A program made the translations under genes and the position numbers. The notes beneath the pieces are model-generated. The model ran no database searches and had not been told where the DNA came from. It saw nothing but the letters and a program-made list of their open reading frames with translations. From Phoronis australis (Eukaryota > Animalia > Phoronida), in the NCBI GenBank assembly GCA_002633005.1, contig NMRA01000033.1, positions 890,611 to 954,610 on the forward strand: a stretch of 64,000 nt of DNA, read 5' to 3'. Within the stretch, counting starts at the first letter, position 1. Each line of letters opens with the position of its first letter. Shown piece after piece: positions 54,501 to 64,000 of the stretch.

Positions 54501-57500
54501 GTAGGAAAGGCATTGCGTTGGAAAGATATTTTCCAGACAAATGAACCATTCCATCATCAGGTAGAGTTTATAATATATGCATCTTTCTTGTCAAGGCAGA
54601 AATTTATAACCTGAAGTTTACGTAAAAACTGAAATCATTTCTTGTTAACTCGAGTCGATTTTGAGACATATACTCCTTTGCTTCTCTTTTTTCCTTAACG
54701 TGGACTAGTTATTGAAGGAGATTGCACTTGCAACATTTTTTGTGCACAAGTTTGAAAATACTGGCCTAGCGTTAGTTTTACATATCATTGATTGTAATTT
54801 ATATGTTAAGTTTAGATATTTTCAATGCCTTCCTTTCTAGGAAAAGCTTCCACATATCACAGATGAATTGGCAACTAAACTGTTTTCCTCACCACAACAA
54901 GATAATGCCAATCGGCTTTCCAATGACCTTGATGTGAAGGTCAGTTCTTCTAATCAACTCAGCTTTGAAAGAGATGCCGACATCAACCCCAACTCCCATC
55001 ACAAAAGTGGTCGGCATATTGACGTCAGCTCTGCCCACCATCTCAACAGTGGTCGTGATATTGACGTCAGCTCTGCCCATCATCACAGCAGTGGTCGTGA
55101 TATTGACGTCAGCTCTGCCCATCATCACAGCAGTGGTCGTGATATTAATGTCAGCTCTGCCCACCATCTCAACAGTGGTCGTGATATTGTCGTCAGCTCT
55201 GCCCACCAACTTAGCCATGACAGTTATTTTGAAGTCAGCTCCCCCTATCGACAACAGATTCATTCTCATTTCGAACCTCTCCCGACAGAGCCTGAAACTG
55301 CACAGCAGATCAAGGTAAAAGCTGTTATGATGCGGTGGTTTTCGAAATTGTTTTGCTTATTTTCATAGCTAAGGATGTTATCAACATTATAAGTTGAATA
55401 ATCAGATCAGTTGACGTATTTAACTTTTGGTCCTGAAAATGCCATTTCTGAATATATGCTTTGGGATTGTCTGAGCAAAACTGAGCAACTGTTTTAATAC
55501 GTACACGTTGTTCGTGTATACTTTTGTCTTATATTACCTGATACCCCCTACTGTGTTATTTCTGTTCAAGGAAATGGAAGAAATAGAAAAATTGTTGGAG
55601 CTGGAAATCCAAGAAATGGAGAAAAAAGCACAGTGTGAGAAGCCTCTCCTGACACCCGCTCTGAGTGTTACCATGGAGACGCCATCAAGCATCGGACCTC
55701 CAAGTATCACCACGGAGACACCCTCAAGCTCCAGACCTCGTGTTCAACAGAGTCCACAGCAACTTGCTAGGGTGCTGATGTTAAACCAGAGCAGGTCACC
55801 TCCTAAAGTAGTTCCACCAGTAGTCGTAAGACCCGGTTCGCACACCCCACACTTGGCTGCATCCACGGCAGATGTTAATATTCAGTACAAAGAGTCTGCT
55901 GTCAGCTACAAGCCTTCTACTACACAAGCCATGTCTGTTAACATTCAACAATACCAGGTGTACAGAAATGTCCATGCCGTAGAACAGCAAGTTAGTGGCA
56001 TTTCAAGTTCTGTGCTCGTAAGTCCCTTGACGATGGTCTCTGCGGCGTTATCCCCGACTACAAGCGTGGAATATGCCCAAAGACCACTGGCTATTGGTCA
56101 AGCTAATCCAGGAATTATGAATGAGAATCAGGTGCATGTTCCAAATTCATGGTGCTCACCCACCTGTTTCAGTACATCATGTATCCCAGATGTGGGAGGC
56201 GTTAATGAATTTCCCCTCAGAGACAGTGTGCGAGAACAAGAGCATGCTAATGAGGACAGGAATCTCTTTTCTGACCCGGGATTCAGTCATAGTAGCATGT
56301 CGGAGTTGAACCAAAGTATTTGCGATACACAGCAACAGTTCAACGATTTGCAGCTAGAGGCCAGTCGGCTGCAGGGTGAAGGACAGCAGCATAATGAAGT
56401 GTCCAGTCAACTGAAGGAGATACAACAACAGCAGCTGCATCTTGCTAAGATGTTAATCAGCCTACAAAAACAGATGGCAGAACAGCAGATGCAACTGCTG
56501 CGACACGGGATTGGTCAACATGATAGCCAATTGAAAGATACGACACAAAAAGGCGATATGGCTAAAGACAGCGCACAAGGTCATGCTTTGTCTGCCATAC
56601 AGGATCGCTTCGATTTCATTGGTGATCAGATAGCTGCTCACGCTCCAGGGATGATTCACAGCACTGACGGAGGGACTGGGAATGTAGCTGGGGAAAGTTT
56701 TGAAAAGGACAAGAAGGTTGGTTTTCTGCTGAGTCATGTTCATGCGGTGTCTGAACCGGCGGCCCTCACTCACGTATCTCCTGCTCTGCAGTCTTATCAG
56801 CTGAGTTCGCATTTGGACTCATCTGCTGCCCAGCTTGGGCATACTATATCTCCGGTAACTGCGCCTGTGTTCAGTAGTAGCCATTTGGAGACACCACTAG
56901 CGGCTGCTGATGGTTGCATTAGAAGACCCAGCTGCGAGAAAGCTTTGCCGAGACATGCGAAACCCAAGCCGTATAAGGTACCCCCACTCCAGATTAAAAG
57001 CAGTGCAACTGCTGATGTTTCTCCACCAATAATGACGCAGATGGCATTAGACAGTGCTAGTTCGTCAGAGGGGCAGAATCCTTTCTGGACAACTTCGGCA
57101 GAACCATTGGAAGTACCTGAGTGTAACAATGGACACTTGTCACCACGAAAAATTGGAGAAAACGCTATAGGATACTCGTCATCGGATGGCAAACAGATTG
57201 TATACCATCTGCACAACAGGCTACCAGAAAACAATCTGTGCAATAACAATGAAATGCCACCCGCAGTCGGCCCGCCCGTGTCACACAGTTCAGTAAATAT
57301 GGATGGTTCCAGCCCTCGTATATCGTACAACCGACGGGATCTTCACCCACCACTGTCTCATGCATTAGCAAGACCTGTAGGTCATTTTCATCTGATTGAC
57401 CATTTGAAAGAGGAATCCCTGGGCAGTAGTCCTGATCCAGTCTCTGTTACTTCAGTGACAAATCAGTCCACCTCCAAAAGATACCTGGATTTTTCTGACA

Positions 57501-59886
57501 TTGAAGAGACTCAAGTTAAATCATTGGCTACAGATGGCCAGCCAGAGTCTGAACCGATTGGATCTGACCGTGGTTTTGTTTCTGAAGTGGATAGTGCAGT
57601 GAGTCAAACTTTGCAAAAACAGGTTGTGGTATCTAGCCCCAGTGCAACTGTTGCCGTGCAACCAAATCCTGACACTCACTCTGTTGTCACTAGTAACGTG
57701 CCATGTTCGCCACTCATTGCTCCTGCATCAGTCATCAACTCCAGTATTTCGGCATTCATAGAAGAGTATAACATAGGAACGCGTTCCAACCCATCAACAC
57801 TTTACAGTCTCCAAAGTTCAAAAGTCACTGATGGCTCAGGCTCATCTCATAACTCTGCCACGAAACTGATAAAAAGTAAATCAGAAAAGGACAGCTGCTC
57901 AGCCTGGGCAGATGTTGAGTCTGTCAGCAGTCTTGATGAGAACGTTTCCAAGAAATCCAGGAGTACACCTCTTGGTGTGGTACTAGCCAAATCTAAATTT
58001 GCCGCAGAAATGAAGATGGCTACCAAACAAAGGTGAGGACAGCGAATAGTGCATTACTTCACATCCACACTTGTTGCTGACTTCTAATATCTAAGCTCAA
58101 AAAAAATAAATCTTTTCACCTGTGCAGAGTGTATGATATAGAAAATTTAAATAATTCAGTATAAGGCAAGAAAGTTGATGTCCATTTGTTATTGTAATGG
58201 TTTGCCATCACATCTTGCGGTCCCAACGACAAGGTCTTGTTTGTGTGAAATGCCTCTGATTCAGTTGCTGTTTTCTCGTTGACTTCAGCACGAGGCTTAT
58301 ACATTAACTGCGACAAAAACTGGGGCAGGCTTATTCAGGCACTTGTGCTCAAGCCCATGGGCATTTATCATGATTTTGCGTTACCCTGTTTGCTTATGTT
58401 AACTAAGATGTGAAATCTAATGTCAATAATTGGCTGTTATATCACTGGCTGTTTGTTCAGTCTTTTGATGGAAATCTGTTGTGGGAGAAAGATCTCTATG
58501 TGTAATTGGTGAAGCAAGAGGGAATAAATGAAACTACAAAAGTTAGGACAGGCTCATACCAAAGAGGTTGAATGTGTAGTGTTTTTGTTGTTGTTAGACA
58601 TGCGTGAGTACTGAGTATTGTTATATGGTCTCATTGTATTCTTCACGCAGGTTCTATGACGTCCTGCTTGACCAGGAGTGCGCCCTGTACGCGCATCGTG
58701 TGGTGACAAAGTTCACACCACAACCAGTGGTGGGTCGCTTCTTCACCAACCCTGTGGCAACGACTTTGAGCGAAGGCGATGACAAGGTAAATGGTTGTGT
58801 CTTCACATCTGAAGGTCAGGTAGAAGTTTACAGTCGTTCGTTCATTAAATGAAGGATTAAGTTCCCTAATATGAATACAATAGCCCATTTAATTCAATGG
58901 ACTGCCTGGGAAAGCTGAGATGCATTCTGTAGATACAAGGTATCTGAAATGCTCACAGCACGAAATCTTTGCCTATAGACCAGAAACTGCGAATTCTGCC
59001 CATAATTGAACATTTCAACCTTGCTGACCAATCACTGCAGTGGCTGCCATTTTGCTCGAGTATGCCACTAAAGTCTCGAAATACCGGCGAAGCACTCGAC
59101 TTTCACTCCCATAATTTTGCATGATGTTGCTTTTTCTCGGATATCTTGCCTCTACAGAATACATCCCCATCATGTTACCTGTTACAAGAATTTAACTCTA
59201 TGTAACCAGAATCCTTGCGAAAATTCAAGTATTTTTCACGCAATGGGTTAAGAACGGAGGTTTTATGAAGTTGTGCGTAGATAAAATGTAGGACTTACAA
59301 CCTGGTGAGTTCCACATCAGCTGGGTTTCTATTGCGAAGGGGTACTTCCAACTTACACTGCAGTGCACAGATTCAGTTGAATTTGTTCAGAAAATGTCAT
59401 CATTATTGGAGCCATCGTGCACATCGTTCAGTAACATAATATACGGTGCACATCCAGGTACCTGCCCGTATTCGCCTTTCAAAGACCACCCACAAACTTT
59501 CCAAATGTCCAATTTTAAGCACCCTGTCTTGGCTTAACATCCAACCTGTTTATATGAAGGAGACTTCGGTCCTTAAAAGTGCTGTGTGTTTTTAGCAGCA
59601 GCGTGCTCTTTTTGTATGGGAAACGTGAAAGTTTTTGTTCAAATGTTCAATGATTGGCGCAGGATTTTGATAAATTAGCGAATTGACCCACCAAGTACAT
59701 GGAAGCACCCACCCAACGTTTTAAAATTTCCACCCCTTGCTTTTTATTTTATTATCACTTTATTACTTTGCTTGAACACATTCAATTATTGTACACTTTC
59801 AGCACTTCATGCCCGTAAGAGAAGATGAACCAGAGACACAGCAACCTGAAGATGGCTCTGCTTTCAGTCGTTATGGAGCACGCTAA
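51587..59886 (+). CDS. TROAP: Tastin / trophinin-associated protein-like (>1200 aa; N-terminal exons unresolved)
   Basis: In-phase GT-AG exons: 51587-51740, 52104-52279, 52931-52999, 54492-54560, 54841-55314, 55571-58032, 58651-58786, 59803-59886 (stop); a possible upstream exon lies at 51331-51395. The C-terminus FYDVLLDQECALYAHR...TNPVATTLSEGDDKHFMPV matches vertebrate tastin as I recall it (LDDECAFYTSR...TNPVATLLEWQDALCFIPV). GVRQSIY and GQAQRV parallel GVRASAY and GLAQRV. Confidence 0.75.
55006..55215 (+). repeat. Coding 42-bp minisatellite (14-aa SGRDIDVSSAHHxx) x5
   Basis: agtggtcgtgatattgacgtcagctctgcccaccatctcaac units lie inside exon 54841-55314, with degenerate flanking units. Confidence 0.95.
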
Positions 59887-62159
59887 AGAAGTGTTTGATG
59901 ATTAGTTCGTTGAGAACAGCAACTCCATGGTTGCAGTCCAGAAATCTGCCTTTCAGCCAGACAAATGTACATCTATTAGATAAGTGCTAATCTAATGGTA
60001 AATATTCTGTACTAGTTGCAGAGGAATGCTGCTGTGAAGCTATAGTTCGCCCCGTTTAGCTGGCTGAAAAAAATGAAAATTGAGGCCCCTTAGACTCATA
60101 AAATCAGTTCCATAATATTCCTTACTGTGATAGGATTCCATTTCTTTCACCAACTTAAGCCACAGGCAATGGGTGCACACACCATTTTCAAAATCGGAAA
60201 GGTTTTCTGGAGTCGTTGATAGTTTTGGTGTTTTTGTTGGTAGTGAATATTGAATTCTATCATGGTAAGGAGTCCAATTTTATGACATTAAAAGGCCTAT
60301 AGTAAATTGATTCGATTGCAACAGCCCAGGCAATTGACTGCAGCAGTGGTCTTGGAAATATTTGGCACCGTGGCCTGGAAAGGCTCGAGACATATTTTCT
60401 GGTTGAATATCCAAGTTTGCAATTTATATTTTTTGGTATACGTGCATATTTAGACCCATTTTTAAATCAAATTTTCTTTAATTTTTGTAATTGGTTTGCA
60501 TTAACCGCATATTGCTGAGCTTTACTTGCAAGCGTCTCTCCCTTGCTTATGTGAAGAAATTGAACCCTGTTTTTAAAACTTGCACTAGTCAGACATGCTT
60601 CACCCTGACAAATTCCGCAATACGGTTGTTCTAGTATTCATGTATGCACTCGGCCCTCGAGATAAGACAAGATTTTACCAAACTCTGATGAAATTTTTCG
60701 GTCTGGTTGAATATAATGCAAGTCTTGCTGTTATTTAGAATCGAACTCCTTGGTTTTCGTCGCATATGTTTCACCTCCAGGTGATTTCCACAGCACCCAA
60801 TTCCGGAAAAGACTAAGCTTTACACCTACATTAGGTGCATGTACCTCAATACGCACATGTACATGTAGGCAGGACGGAAGCAAATCTTCCTTTATAATAT
60901 GCAGATTGCTAGCTTTCTTTAACTACCCATGTTTGCCCTACACTTTCAATTTCTGGCATCCAGAGGATCCACCTTAAGTTTCAAAATTTTAGTGATCAAT
61001 TTCATAGATCCGTGAAATTAGCAATAGACTTGCATAACACGAGGCTAATTCTTGCATTGGAACGTTTTCTGCTGGAAAATAAGGGAATCAAACAGCCAAG
61101 AAATGAGATGGACATTTATAATTTTTTTTTTCTAACAAAATTGAGAAATATACGTCTAAGGTGATGAACTCGCGAATCTTAACTGCATCATGCGACCTGA
61201 AAGCGCAGTCTTCGGCAAAAGGCCAGTTCAAACAATACCCCCATCTAATCTGGTTCCTTGTCTGCACAAATTTGATGTAGTTTGTCTCGAGCCAATTTTT
61301 TCATAACACGGTGCCAATAAGTCCTCCTTTGAGATAAGTGAGATAGTATTCATAGACGGGAGCGGTGAGTCCGATTTGTGTTTTGAACATTGATTTTGAT
61401 GACTTGAACTGAGAAATCATGATTAACACACGCAGATTGGAATTAAGTTAAGGGATCAAATGTGACTATGTTTGAGTGAAAGACGCTGCTATTTATGACT
61501 GTCTATTGAATTGAATGACAACAATACACTTTATACTGTCACTTAATGATAAGTGTAATGACGTGTCTTACAAAAACATCAACTGGCCAGGAAGTTACAA
61601 CATTCATTATTATTTTACAGTAAAACTTGCATAAGTCAGACAAGGATAAGTCAGGTTTTCGGGCAAACTTCTGCAATACATCAGATAAGCTGGATTTTGT
61701 CTTGCTCTGATAAATCCATCGGTCCTATTGGATCTGTATTGTTCAAAAGTTAGGGCTTCAGAAGAAACTAGTGTGTCCCGGACAAAACAAAACTAAAACC
61801 CATAATTACACTACATATACTTGACGAAAACGAGGGGAAAGCACTAATCTATATTGCTGCAGTTTCTCATAAAGCATGATAACATAAAAATAGGTGCCAA
61901 AAAGCAGACAGTAAAAAACATCTAGTAACATACTTCAAAGTACTTACTAACAACAAACACATTTGTCCCTTTGTATACAAAACAAACAATAGAATTTGAT
62001 TTTATATTGATTAAAAATTTGGATTCTGTACAACTAATTGATGCTTTGTCAGAAAATACAAAGTACATAATTATAAATAGTGGCACAGTGAAACGAGTGA
62101 ATATCAACAATGTGCTCGTCTGATGTTACGTCTGCTACATGTACACTGTTACGTCTGCT

Positions 62160-63723
62160 TCACTGTGACTTGACCTTCATGACCTTCATCTTGGACTGTT
62201 TCTTCTTGGCATCCTTGCGCTGAAGGAGATCCTGAAAAGCAAGTCCACTTCAGTAGTACTCACACCTAGGCTATTTCCAAGCCAATCATAAACGTGCAGT
62301 AATTATCAGAAAAAAGTTGAATAACTCCTCGATAAAATTTTGGACCAAAGCATTTTTGCCATCATTTGCTACATCTTCACAAGTTTTTCCACAACAAACT
62401 CCTGACACAGCAGGACGAACTTTGCAAAATTTGGTCAATGTTTGTTCGTGCCGATTTACATACTGGAACATAAAATTTACATCATTCTCGAATCCTCGCC
62501 TGGAAAACTAAACTCTACTACAGTGAGTGTATTGGAGCTGAGACTCCCCTCCAAGCACACAACTTATTAAGATGAAAAGGAATGCATAGTTAATCCATAA
62601 CTCCACCATTTGTCATTCACGCACATACACTTTTGATTACCAGTGGCCCGTTCCATAAAAATTGACTTACCTAAGACAAATCTAATAAATTTCAATCAAT
62701 TTTAAACTAAAACTAAATTGTCTCAAGTCTGTTTCAAGAACGAGATCTGTGGCTTAAATTTTGTCTTAATTTTGCCTATCTCACCGGATGTGGAAGTTTC
62801 AAAGTTGAGACAAATCTTGGACACATGTCAAAATTGAACTAAAGTCAGTTTTCTTGGCACAGGCCCCAGAACATTATATAAATCTCTACGAGACTGTTTT
62901 GCACGTCTGACGGTAGCTTGATTACGCAATATTCAATAGGGACTCTGCCCGAAACTAATCACATGCTTTTGCATTTTGCTATTAAAAAAATTCATGTTTG
63001 CAAATGATTAAAGAATAACAAAACGGGTGCGTTCATAAAAGATCAAACCAGTTTTCTTACTCTCATTCATTTCCTGACTTTCATTTTAATTATGTAAACA
63101 AGACAAATCATGCTTCTGGTTATCCCGGAAAAACACCACGCACTAAGCCACAAAATGAGAAAGCTTACATCTCATGTACATAAAAATACTACTTGCGCGT
63201 AGAATTTTCAAATATGACTGCAACTAAATTATGATGCACAGTGGGTGGTTGTGTTGTTTTTGACATCACCGGCTCTTGGATAGTCTTATCAATCTTGGTT
63301 AGCTGGTTAGCTAGGCAAACACAGTGATTAAAATAAGTTGAGCTCACAAGAAATGCATAGACATTCCTGCATAGACCCTAATCACCCAAGTATCAACATC
63401 ATTTCTCCTTTCGGTCCCTCATGAGAGTACACCAATGTTTGGCATTAATCAGTTCCAGTTTTATTGCCCCTGTAAATCAAAACACATTTCTAGACCCAAC
63501 ACAGTTCTCAGCCAGTCAATGTGCTCCCCCCACCCTTTTTGTATTGTGCACTCACGTCCAATTTTCTTTGCTTGTCTGGGTCTTCCTCTGCCATCATGCG
63601 CTCACGGTCTGCACGGCGTTTCTCCTCCTTACGAGCCTGCGCGGCCTCCATGCGAGATGCGTGCGTCATCTTCTGGTAAGACTCCTCTAACTTTTGCCTG
63701 TTTTTCACCGCTTTAGACTTGGC
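62160..63723 (-). CDS. CCDC47: PAT complex subunit CCDC47 (calumin), last two exons; the gene continues beyond the window
   Basis: Exon 63723-63556 encodes AKSKAVKNRQKLEESYQKMTHASRMEAAQARKEEKRRADRERMMAEEDPDKQRKLD and exon 62231-62160 encodes DLLQRKDAKKKQSKMKVMKVKSQ*. Both match the CCDC47 C-terminal coiled coil ([33 protein letters not shown]...MKQIKVKAM). Confidence 0.93.
62644..62866. mobile_element. Harbinger-like MITE in the last CCDC47 intron
   Basis: Imperfect ~24 bp TIRs ggcccgttccataaaaattgactt / aagtcagttttcttggcacaggcc, with the 3-bp direct flank CAG on both sides. Confidence 0.6.
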
Positions 63724-64000
63724 CTGCACATATAAATATGTGGGCGCATAAAAAACTCTGGCCATGGATATGTCTCCAGACCATCAGCCATATTATAGGT
63801 AAACCATAACATTAGAATAAGACATGCATGTGAACATTCTTGATCTTATCTTCACCGTCTTAGTGCACTTCAAATGTGCAGTGTTTTGAAAAAGGTAATG
63901 CAGAACTGGCTAAAAAAAAACATTTCAATTCTCTTGAAAGTTACAACCCCTGACATGGTTGCAGTAATTGCTTCTTCAGAACACCCTGTAGGTAAGCTGG

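Noticed and set aside
54889-55318. Alternative-frame and antisense repetitive ORFs
   Set aside because: Shadows of the 42-bp coding repeat; only the frame starting at 54841 fits the splice phases.

Overview
AT-rich, intron-rich metazoan genomic DNA, probably from an invertebrate; most short ORFs in the track are spurious. Manually spliced genes: (1) a complete 17-exon MCM6 (+, 2475-18919, ~807 aa) with E2F-like promoter sites. A ~2.5 kb block carrying exons 8-10 appears twice, joined at an N, most likely two haplotypes assembled in tandem. (2) A tandem array of three intact two-coding-exon ecdysteroid-kinase-like (EcKL/DUF227, choline/APH-kinase fold) genes (+, 27.9-45.9 kb) with mosaic similarity. 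(3) A frameshifted THAP-domain pseudogene (-, ~49.2-49.4 kb) that the ORF track misses. (4) A large tastin/TROAP-like gene (+, ~51.6-59.9 kb, N-terminus unresolved) with a His-rich coding minisatellite and a 2.46 kb exon. (5) The last two exons of CCDC47 (-). Also present: a LINE 3' end, a ~2.8 kb Sola2-like TIR element and several MITEs, one of them present in only one of the two MCM6 copies. I see no clearly new biological system. The best leads are the EcKL cluster, the invertebrate tastin and the in-frame MCM6 exon duplication. Homology calls rest on remembered motifs, not on database searches.
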